Shown here in pieces: positions 49,670-63,335 of a stretch of 64,000 bases of DNA. Each line of letters begins with the position of its first letter. The stretch's first letter is position 1. The position numbers and the translations under genes were made by a program. Below the pieces are notes generated by a model. The model searched no databases, was not told the origin of the DNA, and saw nothing but the letters and a program-made list of their open reading frames with translations. This stretch comes from Heterodontus francisci (lineage: Eukaryota). The stretch covers positions 22,063,804-22,127,803 of the forward strand of contig NC_090393.1 in assembly GCF_036365525.1 (NCBI RefSeq), in the 5' to 3' direction.

Positions 49670-50040
49670 AAGAAAGATTTGCATTTATATAGCGCTTTTC
49701 ACAACATCAGACATCTCAAAATGCTTTACAGCCAATTAAGTACTTTTGAAGAGTAGTCACTGTTGTAATGTAGGAAACGTGGCAGGCACTTTGCAAACAG
49801 CAAACGCCCGCAAACAACAATGAGATAATGCCCAGATAATCTATTTTTGTGATGTTGATTGAGGGATAAATATTGGCCAGGACACTGGGGATAACTCCTC
49901 TACTCTTCTTCCAAATAGTGCCATGGAATCTTTAACATGCACCTGAACAGGTGGATGGGGCCTCAGTTTAACTTCTCATCCAAAAGACAACTCCGCAGGC
50001 AATGCAGCACTCCCTCTATTGCACTGAAGTGTCAGCGTAT
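49670..50040 (-). mobile_element. DeuSINE/SacSINE1-like SINE
   Basis: L2-type tail (TTGCATTTATATAGCGC) and a core shared with 56645-57085. Confidence 0.75.
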
Positions 50041-51496
50041 ATTCTGGCTGATTTGTTCTTGCACATAGGACAATCCACATTAAAAGATAGAGACATAAAA
50101 TACCGCCCTGAAGCTTCAATTACCACCTCCCTGTCCTCCCCCCAACACCCCTGAAAAATCCAAAGCAGGATTTGCTGTTGTGTGTGCTATACAGCTGGTA
50201 ATGAACCCTGTGTTGTTCCTCCCAGTGGAGAATGTTAGTGTGGGAATTCTCATTGGCATGAAGTTCAGTCCTTTGCAGAAATATGTGAAGCTTGCGATTT
50301 GTGCATAGTTTGGAATCCAGTTACAGTACATTTCAATCTGATCTTTAACATTGAGTGAGTTCTTATTGACAGAATTGTAAGGAATGTCAAATCCTTAGAG
50401 GATTCCTTGCAGGAGCGGCATTTAGAATCTGCGAAAAACGTCCTAAAGCTCTTTAAAAATTGTCCATATTGAAGAGATTGTTACCATGACAGTTTTAAAA
50501 ATGGTCATAAAAGCACCTATGCTAACAACATTACAAAAACTGAAGACCAGAAATGTACCAGAAGCGGTTAGTGGTGACTGTAGTTTACCTCAGCTCCCTC
50601 AGATAGAGGATAAAATTAGCCAAGATTCCTGATTCTAACCAAAGTGACTCCTGCTGGACGCTTTGTGTGTGTGTGTATGGATGTTGTGTGAAGGCTGGGT
50701 GATACTCGGTGATGCCCTCATTGTCGAACAGCCTGCCAATAGTTATCCTCTACCTGATGAATGAACAATTGGCCAATAAACTGCAGTGTTGCCCATGACA
50801 CTGGAAATGTAACCCAGCATAAGTCAGCACCTTCAGGATTGGAGGACACAAATGAGGAGAACATATTCTTGTATGCTGCAGTGAGGGGCCACTATTATAA
50901 GCTGCTGTTAAATTGATTTTCTTTGAATCTACTAGTTTGGAAACCTGTGAATTTTATGGAGTTGTGTTACTGTGAAATGCTTACTTGGGAAGTTCTGCTG
51001 TTTTATTGCTTCAGCCTTTATTGGCTATCAGGGAACTTTGTCTTAGAGAGAGAGACTGAACCAAACGGTGCTAAGACTAGGGTGGTCCAGAATATAAACT
51101 TGATATTGGTAATCATTAAAATCCTTCTTGCCTAAATAGTATACATCCAGAACTCTGACACTAACAGTACACTGAACAGCTGCTTATGAAACCTAATGTT
51201 CAAAGTCCAGAATTTTGTAGCTCACCTGTTTATATGCTACCCTGTTTTTTTTTAAACGGATAACAGCATGGGTTGGAATAGATAACACAAGGACCTAAAC
51301 TGAAGTTCAAGACTTGACCTCAATAGGAAGCAGAAATGGGTTTAAGATTCGCTTGCTATTTAAAGTGGGATCTTAACATTTTGCACATATATTAATAGAG
51401 GAGTCATTGCTGGTTGGAATTAATTTTGCTGTTGATCTTTCAAGGAGAGATCTTCCTGCACTATGTAGCCACCAACACTCAATTCAGTGAAGAAGG

Positions 51497-52130
51497 ATGC
51501 CTGCTGCTCCCCAATCCGCTCCCTGTACCTCCCTGCTGCTCCCCAATCTGCTCCCTGTACCTCCCTGCTCCTCCCCAATCCACCCCCCCACTCCGCTCCC
51601 TGTACCTCCCTGCTGCTCCCCAATCTGCTCCCTGTACCTCCCTGCTCTCTTACTGCTCCTCCCCAATCCACCCCCCCCACTCCACCCCCCCACCACTCCG
51701 CTCCCTGTACCTCCCTGCTCCTCCCCAATCCACCCCCCCACTCCGCTCCCTGTACCTCCCTGCTCCTCCCCAATCCACCCCCCCCACTCCGCTCCCTGTA
51801 CCTCCCTGCTCCTCTCCAATCCACCCCCCACTGCCCCCCACTCCGCTCCCTGTACCTCCCTGCTCCTCCCCAATCCACCCCTCCCCCCACTGCCCCCCAC
51901 TCCACCCTGTACCTCCCTGTTCCTCCCCACTCCACTCCCTGTACCTCCCTGCTCCTCCCCACTCCTGCCCCCACTGCTCTCTACTCCACTCCCTGTACCT
52001 CCCTGCTCCTCCTCACTCCACCCCCCACTGCTCCCTACTCCACTCCCTGTACCTTCCTGCTCCCTCCCTGCTCCTCCCCACTCCACTCCCCCCCGCCCCC
52101 CCCCCCCCACTCTGCTGCCTGCTGCTCCCC
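51497..52130. repeat. C-rich minisatellite, units ~30-55 bp, core CTCCCTGTACCTCCCTGCTCCTCCCCAATCCACCCC
   Basis: About 13 visible copies of CCCTGTACCTYCCTG. Confidence 0.95.
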
Positions 52131-54109
52131 TCTAACTGTGTTCACCATTGCCAGTCGCTTGATACTAGCAAAGTTTGAGATCTTTCGAGTGGCTTTTTAT
52201 AGGTATGAGGTCTAGGCATCTCATGGTGGAAGACAGAGTGTTGCTTTTTTTTTTGAGATTAGACTCCTTATGCATTTTCCCCTCCCCTTTCTTCCTCTCC
52301 CTCTCAGAAAGCACTAGCACTCTGCTTGTGCCTTGGCTCAGTGGCTACCTAAACTACACCAATCAGGTATGTGGGGGAACACAGATGTGAATTCACATAG
52401 TATCCCCACTGTGTCATTCTGTTTTAGTGCTCTACTCTTTCCAGTTAGTCTAGCAAAACTGGGAGAAGGCACATTACTTGTGATTAAATCCTGGGAATCT
52501 GCTCTGTCCCCCACCACCACTTCACACACATCAAAGGGGATACATGCATCTCTCCTATCTGAACTAGACCAGGCCCTTAAGGCAAAGGATGGACAACCTG
52601 CCATCCAGTCTCATTTAGACTTGTCTGTTCTGACCCTGGTGGCAAAATTTTGTCTTAGTTAATACAAGGTGTATATTCTTGTTACAGAGAGCAGAAATGG
52701 CATTTTACATTTTCCTCTACAGTTTTAAATAGCTTATTATAATCTCTTTCTGTGGCCATTGCACCCACAAAGTCTCCTCTTCAGTTTACAGCATACTTGA
52801 GTTTCAAGGCATATGACAATGGAGCAATTAGTGAGAAAGTAACTGATATTGCACAATACATTTTTGACCTTTCAAGATCACTTTGCTAAATTCAAGTTAC
52901 TGAAGTCCTACAATTATTTGTGTTGAGTCTTCAGAAATATTTTATGACTTAAGGATTTTCAGCTACACTTAAAAGCTTGAGTGCACAAGACAGAACATTA
53001 CCATACTTATACATTTATATATGGCACAATGAAGGCTTTTGTCTCCCAAAACAAGTACAGCAAACAGCTTGACAGAAAAATGAGTAAGCAAGTCGTATAG
53101 ACAAACTGAGAACATTTAAATGATAAATATGAGAGAAATGAGGCATAAGAAGGTTGCTGAGGGAAGTTTTCGATTACTGCTTCCAGTACATATGGAAGGA
53201 TGAATGGGTCTGGAGGAACCCTACCTGATTAAATAAGATGATATTCAAGGGTTTTTGGGGAATGTGACAAGGGCAGTCACTCAGAGTTGCTGTTAAACAT
53301 CTCTCTCCGACAACGTATGTTGGCAGTTCTGAGCATGAACCTATGTCCTATGGCTCCATAACACAATATCGAATATCTATACAATGATTTTGCTTCCCCA
53401 CCATGGTGCATTGTTCTGCAAATAAAACTTTATAAAAGCTGCCCTGCCTTTACTCAATGCTGATCTGTTTTAGAGGTCGGTGTTTGAGGTTGGTGTTGAT
53501 CGAATGTTACCTTTGACACTTGTTGAATAAATCTTCAGTGGAACCCTGTTCAATCACAGTGATGGTGTGCCTTGTTGCCCCTTCGTTACTTTTAGCTGCA
53601 GCTAGTGTGCTTTCTATTGGCTTATATTCAACCGGTGAGAGGCTGTTTGGTATTTGCAGGGTTAATGCACACCAGTTTGAATTGTTGGCTTAGATCCAAT
53701 ATTTGGATCTGCAGAATACAAGATGACTGACCAGCTCAGATGAAAGAAAATGTTTAGCAGAAGAAAGGAAAAGCTTTTCACGTCTGGTTCCTTGGCTCTT
53801 TGATGGCATTAGTGGTTTTTGAAGAGCAACTGAGCTGGCCTGAGTTAAAGGGGCAATCTCAGTAATAACTCACTGCTAATATATAAATGTTGGAAAGGAT
53901 GAAGAGAAAAGCAGCAAGACTGATCTCAAGTGTAAAGGGGGCAGAGTAAGGAGACAATTTGAAAAGATTGAGGAGATGATCATTGAAATATATAACATAT
54001 TAAATGATAGGGTTAACAAGGATATTACTCCAAAGTGAATTGGGGTATAGGACCATAGAATAATTGAAATTGCTGTTACTTGTAACTACTGCTACCAGGA
54101 GATCTGCTG

Positions 54110-54920
54110 TCATGGGAGGCTACACTCGTCTTTCTTGCGCCATCTTCATACATCCGCTAACTTGTCTGCAGCCACTTTGTGACGTCCATCATCTGTGCCT
54201 AGGTTGACCCCTCTTTCTGCTGCCCGCTACTTTGCCCTCTAGAAGAGATCGCTGCAGCTTTTCAGCTCTGATCAAATGGCCGAATTACTGACATTTTCTT
54301 TTCTGGATGTCCCTTTTTAGAGTTCTTTTTGCTCTTGCAATTTCAAGCACCTCTTGATTTGTCTTATGGTCTGTATAAGGAATTTTAAGTATACACCTTC
54401 GCATCCACATTTGAAAGACTTCTATTTTCTTCCACGGATCTTTACTTATTGTCCAGGTTTCTAAGGCATACAGGAAAGTGGATAGAGTGTAGCATCTTAT
54501 GAGTATTTTCCTTGTTAAAACTTGAGCTTTCTTGTTAGCACAGCCATCGTCTTTACAAAATTACTTCTATCTCTATTCTTATTCCGACTTCGGCATCACA
54601 TCTACCATCTTCTGTTATCATTTGTCCTAAATAGATAAACTTGTTTCATCGCAACACCATCCACTTCAATCTTCATTCTGCCAGTTCTGATAAAGGGTCA
54701 CTGACCTGAAACGTTAATTCTGCTTCTCTCTCCACAGATGCTGCCAGACCTGTTTAGTTTTTCCAGCACTCTTCTGTTTTTATTTCAATCTTCACTCTGA
54801 TTTCTTCTAATGTATTCATTCTAACTACCATTGTTTTTGTCTTTTTGGTGTTTGTACTCAATCCATATTCTAAACTTCTGGATTTTACTCGCTCTACAGT
54901 TTTTTGTAGGGTCTTTTCAG
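54110..54920 (-). mobile_element. RTE-clade LINE fragment interrupted by a mini-element
   Basis: Minus translation gives CYTLSTFLYALETWTI..MWMRRCILKIPYTDHKTNQEVL..FGHLIR. Confidence 0.75.
54681..54783 (+). mobile_element. ~103-bp Penelope-like mini-element with degenerate hammerhead head
   Basis: 16-bp TSD TTCAATCTTCA(T/C)TCTG at 54665-54680 and 54784-54799; AGTT CTGATAA A GGGTC ACT GACCT GAAAC GTT AATT. Confidence 0.7.
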
Positions 54921-56644
54921 TAATTAAAATTACTGAAAAATAAATGTAAAACCCATATCGGGAAGAAATTATTTAGCTGCAACGATAAATGTGTGAAGTA
55001 ATCTGCTTTCGGGGGGAGTAGAGAGGAAAGCATTAGGGACGTTCACAGTGTAGTTGTTTGCGAATTAGGGAATTGGAGGGATGAACTTTGGGCCAGCTGG
55101 GAGTTTTTCATCCTTGACTTTTCCTTTGCTCTTTAATTACTGTGAATTTATTATTCCACCAAGGGTGACCGAAAACTTTGAGCATTATCTTTATATGTAG
55201 TCAGCAATGGGTGGGGCAATGTGTTTGCGCTGTTGAACTATGAAAGTCTGATAACCTGTACAAGTCACACAAGTGAACTAACTTTATAGAAGTTCCTGCT
55301 ATGGGAAGTGTTGAAAGAGAGCTGCTTAAAAATGGATGATTGGAGCTAGGTACCAGTGGCTAGAGGTGGGCTTACTGAATTGGAGGCTGTGCATATTCAT
55401 TCCAGGGTCTCTGGACAAAAGAGGCCTAGTGGTATCTAATGATTACTTCAAACAACTCTCCTGATAATTAATCCTTTTGGCAGGGGGAAGGGATATATCA
55501 TGCTATATTTATTGTGTCTGTGCTTCCACCCTTTAAAACACTCGGGGCTCTGTATGGTGGACCAGGAAGCAAAGCTGGTACTGTTAATATGCTGTTCTGA
55601 AGACAGAAATATTAAAGGTTTTACCTTCTGGTGTAATTAAGTAAGAATATCAGGTAATGCCTCTACTGTACAGGTTGTTGAAGGCAGGCCAGCTAATTCA
55701 CAATCATATGGTCCATTTAGCTGCTAAGCCATCGGGGGAGCTATGCTGAGCTGTGTAGCATCAGTAAACTGCACTTGAGTGTGAGTATGTTGAAGGGGTG
55801 GGGGAGACTTGGATTGAGCACTTTAATTATTCAAGTCTCTCTCTGCAAGTTGAGGATACTGAAGGTAATTATCTTTGGCCTTGTTCCCTAGCAAGTTTAA
55901 CTTTAAATAAACAGCAACAGTATTCCTCGAAATGCTGTGTTACCATGGGATTTCAGAAAGGGTCAGTTCCTGCAATAGCTGGTTCGAAAGCTGGTCCTCT
56001 TAGGTCACTTTATTAGATGCTGAGGCTGATATTGTATCAGTTTAGTGTGGATACTATGAGATATGCCTTTGGCAATTCTGTTTTTTAAAATAACTTTGAA
56101 ACTGCAGTAGTCAGTAATGCTACACCAACCCCTAGAAACCATGTGACAACCACTGGAGTAATTGGTAAGGTTTAATCAGAGATGTCTGTTCCACCTAATC
56201 CTGCTGATTACTCAACAAATCATCTGTTGTGCTAAGCGGAGAAAGAGCTTTCTTTCCAGCTGGTAGAACTGTGAGCTCCTCCCCAGTCAGCGCTGTACCC
56301 ATGAATAATAGCATCTGCTACAGCTGGCTGGTGGCAGGCTCGAAAGACAATGCACAGCATGTGTGGTTTCTGATGAGAGTCCTGACGGGTGCAGCGACTG
56401 AGGGGCAGTGGGAGCTGATCTTAAACCATAAGACCTGACCTAGCAGCAGTCTGTAACCTCAGGGGGCTGAGGAGTTCATTTCCTAAATTGGGGACCTGGA
56501 GTCTGTAACTGGAGCCACTTCTGTATTGTTCTTTTAATGTGAATGCTCGGAGCCTGGATTCTGTAAGCCGGCTTCTGACTTTTGTGCTACTGAGTCAGGT
56601 TTTCGATGACCTGTGTCAGACTAGAGTTGTTTTATTATTAGTAA

Positions 56645-57085
56645 AAAAGGACTTGCATTTATACAGCATCAATCGTGACCATAGGATGTCCCAAAGTGCT
56701 GTACAGCCAATTAAATATTTTTGAAGTGTAATCACTGTTATAATGTAGGAAACGTGGCAGCCAATTTGTGCACAGCAAGCTCCCACAAACAGCAATGTGA
56801 TAATGACCAGATAATCTGTCCTTGTGATGTTGATTAAGGGATAAAGATTGGTCAGGACACTAGGGAGAACTCCCCTGCACTTTCTTGAAGAAATACCATG
56901 AAATCTTTTACATTCACCTGAAGCCTTGGTTTAACATCTCATCCAAAAGATAGCACCTCCAATAGTGCAGCATTCCCTCAGTACTACACTGGAGTGTCAG
57001 TTTTTTTTGTGCTCAAGTCCTGGATTGGGACTTGAATCCACAACCTTCTCACTCGGAGGCAAGAGTGGTACCAGCTGAGCCAAGT
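56645..57085 (-). mobile_element. Near full-length DeuSINE/SacSINE1-like SINE
   Basis: tRNA-like head on minus strand (GGCTCAGCTGGTACC...GGATTCAAGTCCC), conserved core, L2-like tail. Confidence 0.8.
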
Positions 57086-58539
57086 AAGTCTGCTGGAGTT
57101 CCTTAAGTGCGGCTCTTGCACAGCTTGTTGCAAACCCTGTGTAAAACTGCCCAGACCCACTAAGAATCCTTGTTTGGAAAACGTGTCCAAAATGTGAGCC
57201 TTCATGGCAGCCAGTCTTGGTGTGCCCCAACGGTCTTGCATTTGGCTTGCAGCAACCTATACACAACCTGCAATTGGAGAATCTGGCAGCAATCGCTGAG
57301 CTCTCCTATAATATAAAAGCACATTGATTGTGAGTCTGTTGCTGATCTATGAAGACCGGTTTAACAGCATAAATAGCAGGCACCTGCTCCCAAAAGAAGG
57401 CTGAACCGAGAACCTGGCCCCTTAGCAGGACAAGGAGGAATTGATCTTTTACTGAGCACAAACTCACCCATTTTAAATGTGACATTTGTCAGGCTCTTGT
57501 GATGCACAGGGCAGTCCAACAGGAAGTTTAATGATGTGAAACTGAAATGTCAGAGGCTAGATTCTGACGTGCCTGTGGTGGCTAATTATTTTCATGGCTA
57601 TTGTAAGTTTATCCACTCCTATGAATCGTACCATTCTGTTTTTGTTTTCCCCACTCAAACAAAACTGTCAGAGGAAAGAGTACTGCACCTAAAAAAAGGG
57701 GAGCTTGACTGACTGTGGTTGGAGGTTGGAAAATGTCATCAGGAAGCTGCTATAAACTGAGCTGTGTGTTTGGAGAACCCCAGCAGTGTCAGGAATGCAG
57801 AGCCTTGGTTAATTAAAACTTCAATCTCCTTGTGATATCAGTGAATCTGCAGAAAATAACTCGTCAATTCACTCTGGCATCTGGATAAGAGTTTTTTCTG
57901 TGTCTTGTTGCCTCAAGAGTTTAATGACAAATCATTAGAATCTAAATGTGCAGCTGGAAGAGGTGTAGTCTGTTTTCAGACTCCTTGAAAACCATGCCCC
58001 CTCTCCTTTCACTCTCGCCCGTTCCAGAAGTGTTCACACACAACGTGGATGAAGACAGCTGTGTAAATCAAGGGCCAACTAAGATTGGAGTCCTGCTTTG
58101 ACTAAGGGCTGGCAACTTACTGGATGTTGACTTAATTATTCCTGTCACATTAATTCTTCTCACAGATCTGCTCATTCTGGCTGGTTGTGTGTTTGTTTTT
58201 TCTGTTGGTTTTTAGATACCAGAGCTGAGATGCACATTGCCCATTTTTTAATACCTTACATTATCATGTTAGTTGTGAAGTGATGCTACAGTAACTGAAT
58301 AAACAACAGTAGTGTTGCCATTGGAATGAAGAATGCCCTATGTTAACATAATAGATAATTCCTTGGATGTTATTACATTGCATATGATACTGATTGGGGT
58401 TGGAAGGAACGAGTGTGAAGTAGGTTGATATGTTGATCTGTCTGTTTTGAGTACCATACTTGTGGCTCAAAGAATGTTGTCTTCCTTTAAACCATTATGT
58501 AAATGATGAAATCTGGATTATAAATTGCTTGACTATATT

Positions 58540-59320
58540 TTATGGTCACCCACTCCCCATTTTCAACCTCTCTCTCCTCTCCAAAGTTCTTGCAGTGTTG
58601 CCGCCTCCCAAAATCCATACCGATCTTTGTTGCAATTCCATGTTTAACTCTCTCCAATCATGTTTCTGCTCCTGCCATAGTACTGCAATGGCCCAAATCA
58701 AAGTCACAAATATGTCTGTAACTATGACCATAGTGTATTTTCCTGCCACATTCTCCTCTACCTCTCCTGCAGCCTATGGTATGATCGACCACATTATCCT
58801 CATTGAATGCCTCTCTTCCAATGGCCAGTTCAGTGGGCCAGCCCTTGTTTGGGTCCATTTTTGTCTTTATTTTTATAACCAGAGCATTTCCAGCAATGAT
58901 TTCAATTCCTACCCTTGCACCATTACCTCTGGAGTCTCCCTTTTCCCTTCCTCTCCCCTCCCTCATCCACACACTGAGCCCCTGAGCAACATCATCTTAA
59001 GAAACGCAACTCGGTCTCTCGACCCCTTCTTGCAAAACCTCCACAGCTTCTGTGCAGTAAGACTGATTGTCCAATATCTTGTTGTGAGTGAGCCACAAAT
59101 TCCTCCAGTTAAACCTTGGGAAAGCCGAAGCTAATGTCTTCGGCCCTTACCAAAAACTCTACATCTTTGCCACCGATTCCATTCTCCTCTCCGGCCACTG
59201 TCAGATTGAACTAGACTGTTCACAACTTCAGTGCTCTATTTCACCCAGAGCTGAGCTTCAGACCCCATACTCTCTCCACCACAAAGACAGCTTACTTTCT
59301 TCTATGTAACACTGCCCATC
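58540..59320 (+). mobile_element. Old L2 LINE fragment
   Basis: PIFNLSLLSKVL, LQSCFCSCHSTAMAQIKVTN, IDHIILIECL, HKFLQLNLGKAE. Confidence 0.75.
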
Positions 59321-59649
59321 TCTGTACCAACATTAAGTACTCTCAGGTCAGCTGCAGCGCATGTTACTTTTCCATTTTCCATATCAGCCATCCTGTGGCC
59401 TCTCACAGTGAGGTTGTCAGTGCCAGATTAGCAATAAGTTTGTGCTGTGGCCTTTGCCGATTTGGCTGGATTGAGACTTGGGCCAGAATTTTACACCACC
59501 TCAGTTAGCCGGATGGAAGCAGGGAGGGTGGTGTAATGTAGACGTGAAAGACCATTCAGGAATACCTGGCGGCCTTCCAGCGAGCTGGGGCGCGGGAGCC
59601 TGACAATCAGGCACAGGGTGCTTCTGCAATTATCCCCATGACCCTAACG

Positions 59650-62600
59650 CCTCCCCCCTTCCACCTCCCCCCCCCCCCCCCCTCCACCCACAGGACCCGA
59701 GACGCTTCCCCCCTCCCCCCCCCCGTCACCCACAGGACCCGAGGTGCTTCCCACCCCTTCCCCCTTCCCACCCCTTCCCCCTTCCCACCCCTTCCCCCTT
59801 ACCACCCCTTCCACCTTCCCACCCCTTCCACCTTCCCACCCCTCCCCCTTCCACCCCACCCCTCCCCCTTCCACCCCACCCCTCCCCCTTCCACCTTCCC
59901 ACCCAACCCCTTCCACCTTCCCACCCCTTCCACCTTCCCACCCCTTCCACCTCCCCACCCCCATCCCCCTTCCCACCCCTCCCCCATCCCCCTTCCCACC
60001 CCTCCCCCATCCCCCTTCCCACCCCCCCATCCCCCAACCCATCCCTTCCCACCCCTCCCCTTCCCCCCCACCCCTCCACTTCCCCCCCACCCCTCCACTT
60101 CCCCTTCCCCCCCCTCCACTTCCCCTTCCCCCCCCTCCACTTCCCCTTCCCCCCCCTCCACTTCCCCTTCCCCCCCTCCACTTCCCCTTCCCCCCCCTCC
60201 ACTTCCCCTTCCCCCCCCCTCCACTTCCCCTTCCCCCCCCCTCCACTTCCCCTTCCCCCCCCCTCCACTTCCCCTTCCCCCCCCCTCCACTTCCCCTTCC
60301 CCCCCCCTCCACTTCCCCTTCCCCCCCCTCCACTTCCCCTTCCCCCCCCTCCACTTCTCCTTCCCCCCCCTCCACTTCTCCTTCCCCCCCCTCCACTTCC
60401 CCTTCCCCCCCCTCCACTTCCCCTTCCCCCCTCTCCCCTTCCCCCCTCTCCCCTTCCCTCCCTCCTCTCCCCTTCCCCCCCCCCTCCGCTCCCCCCCCTC
60501 CTCTCCCCCGCTCCCCCCCCTCCTCTCCCCCGCTCCCCCCCCTCCGCTCCCCCCCTCCCCCCCTCCTCTCCCCCGCTCCCCCCCCCCTCCTCTCCCCCGC
60601 TCCCCCCCCCTCCTCTCCCCCGCTCCCCCCCTCCTCTCCCCCGCTCCCCCACCTCCTCTCCCCCGCTCCCCCACCCTCCTCTCCCCCGCTCCCCCACCCT
60701 CCTCTCCCCCGCTCCCCCACCCTCCTCTCCCCCGCTCCCCCACCCTCCTCTCCCCCGCTCCCCCACCCTCCTCTCCCCCGCTCCCCCACCCTCCTCTCCC
60801 CCGCTCCCCCACCCTCCTCTCCCCCGCTCCCCCCCCTCCTCTCCCCCGCTCCCCCCCTCCTCTCCCCCGCTCCCCCCCCGTCCTCTCCCCCGCTCCCCCC
60901 CCGTCCTCTCCCCCGCTCCCCCCCCGTCCTCTCCCCCGCTCCCCCCCCGTCCTCTCCCCCGCTCCCCCCCCGTCCTCTCCCCCGCTCCCCCCCCGTCCTC
61001 TCCCCCGCTCCCCCCCCCCCCCGTCCTCTCCCCCGCTCCCCCCGTCCTCTCCCCCGCTCCCCCCCTCCTCTCCCCCGCTCCCCCCCCTCCTCTCCCCCGC
61101 TCCCCCCCCTCCTCTCCCCCGCTCCCCCCCCTCCTCTCCCCCGCTCCCCCCCCTCCTCTCCCCCGCTCCCCCCCCTCCTCTCCCCCGCTCCCCCCCCGTC
61201 CTCTCCCCCGCTCCCCCCCCCGTCCTCTCCCCCGCTCCCCCCCCAGTCCTCTCCCCCGCTCCCCCCCCCCCCGTCCTCTCCCCCGCTCCTCCCCCCCCGT
61301 CCTCTCCCCCGCTCCCCCCCCTCCTCTCCCCCGCTCCCCCCTTCCTCTCCCCTCCCCCCTTCCTCTCCTCTCCCCCCTTCCTCTCCTCTCCCCCCTTCCT
61401 CTCCTCTCCCCCCTTCCTCTCCCCTCCCCCCTTCCTCTCCCCTCCCCCCTCCTCTCCCCTCCCCCCTCCCCTCCCCCCTCCTCTCCCCTTCCCCCTCCTC
61501 TCCCCTTCCCCCTCCTCTCCCCTTCCCCCTCCTCTCCCCTTCCCCCCCCTCTCCCCTTCCCCCCCCCTCTCCCCTTCCCCCCCCCTCTCCCCTTCCCCCC
61601 CCCTCTCCCCTTCCCCCCCCCTCTCCCCTTCCCCCTCCTCTCCCCTTCCCCCTCCTCTCCCCTTCCCCCTCCTCTCCCCTTCCCCCTCCTCTCCCCTTCC
61701 CCCTCCTCTCCCCTTCCCCCTCCTCTCCCCTTCCCCCTCCTCTCCCCTTCCCCCTCCTCTCCCCTTCCCCCTCCTCTCCCCTTCCCCCTCCTCTCCCCTT
61801 CCCCCTCCTCTCCCCTTCCCCCCCCTCTCCCCTTCCCCCCCCTCTCCCCTTCCCCCCCCTCTCCCCTTCCCCCTCCTCTCCCCTTCCCCCTCCTCTCCCC
61901 TTCCCCCTCCTCTCCCCTTCCCCCTCCTCTCCCCTTCCCCCTCCTCTCCCCTTCCCCCTCCTCTCCCCTTCCCCCTCCTCTCCCCTTCCCCCTCCTCTCC
62001 CCTTCCCCCTCCTCTCCCCTTCCCCCTCCTCTCCCCTTCCCCCTCCTCTCCCCTTCCCCCTCCTCTCCCCTTCCCCCTCCTCTCCCCTTCCCCCTCCTCT
62101 CCCCTTCCCCCTCCTCTCCCCTTCCCCCTCCTCTCCCCTTCCCCCTCCTCTCCCCTTCCCCCTCCTCNNNNNNNNNNNNNNNNNNNNNNNNNNNNNNNNN
62201 NNNNNNNNNNNNNNNNNNNNNNNNNNNNNNNNNNNNNNNNNNNNNNNNNNNNNNNNNNNNNNNNNNNNNNNNNNNNNNNNNNNNNNNNNNNNNNNNNNNN
62301 NNNNNNNNNNNNNNNNNNNNNNNNNNNNNNNNNNNNNNNNNNNNNNNNNNNNNNNNNNNNNNNNNNNNNNNNNNNNNNNNNNNNNNNNNNNTCCTCTCCC
62401 CTTCCCCCTCCTCTCCCCTTCCCCCTCCTCTCCCCTTCCCCCTCCTCTCCCCTTCCCCCTCCTCTCCCCTTCCCCCTCCTCTCCCCTTCCCCCTCCTCTC
62501 CCCTTCCCCCTCCTCTCCCCTTCCCCCTCCTCTCCCCTTCTCCCTCCTCTCCCCTTCTCCCTCCTCTCCCCTTCCCCAGCCCCCCTCTCCCCTTCCCCAG

Positions 62601-63335
62601 CCCCCCTCTCCCCTTCCCCAGCCCCCCTCTCCCCTTCTCCAGCCCCCCTCTCCCCTTCTCCAGCCCCCCTCTCCCCTTCCCCAGCCCCCCTCTCCCCTTC
62701 CCCAGCCCCCCTCTCCCCTTCCCCAGCCCCCCTCTCCCTTCCCCAGCCCCCCTCTCCCTTCCCCAGCCCCCCTCTCCCTTCCCCAGCCCCCCTCTCCCTT
62801 CCCCAGCCCCCCTCTCCCTTCCCCAGCCCCCCTCTCCCTTCCCCAGCCCCCCTCTCCCTTCCCCAGCCCCCCTTTTCCCTTTCCCTCCCCAGCCCCCCTT
62901 TTCCCTTTCCCTCCCCAGCCCCCCTTTCCCTTCCCCAGCCCCCCTTTCCCTTCCCCAGCCCCCCTTTCCCTTCCCCCCACACCCCTTTCCCTTCCCCCCA
63001 CACCCCTTTCCCTTCCCCCCACACCCCTTTCCCTTTCCCCCCCACACCCCCCTTCCCTTTCCCCCCCACACCCCCCTTCCCTTTCCCCCCCACACCCCCC
63101 TTCCCTTTCCCCCCCACACCCCCCTTCCCTTTCCCCCCCACACCCCCCTTCCCTTTCCCCCCCACAGCCCCCTTTCCCTTTCCCCCCCACACCCCCCTTT
63201 CCCTTTCACCCCCCACCCCCTTTTCCCCCCTTCCCCATCCCCCCTTCCCCATCCCCCCTTCCCCCTTCCCCATCCCCCCTTCCCCCTTCCCCATCCCCCC
63301 TTCCCCATCCCCCCTTCCCCTTCACCCCACCCCGG
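59650..63335. repeat. Compound C/T-rich tandem repeat array
   Basis: Successive blocks of CCCACCCCTT, CCCCTCCACTTCCCCTTC, CCTCTCCCCCGCTCCCC, 18-bp CCTTCCCCCTCCTCTCCC, CCTTCCCCAGCCCCCCTCTCC and CCCTTTCCCCCCCACACCC. Confidence 0.97.
62168..62391. other. Assembly gap (224 N)
   Basis: Run of N inside the 18-bp repeat block. Confidence 1.

Noticed and set aside
51414-52215. 180-250-aa extensin-like ORFs in several frames
   Set aside because: Translations of the minisatellite; open in nearly all frames
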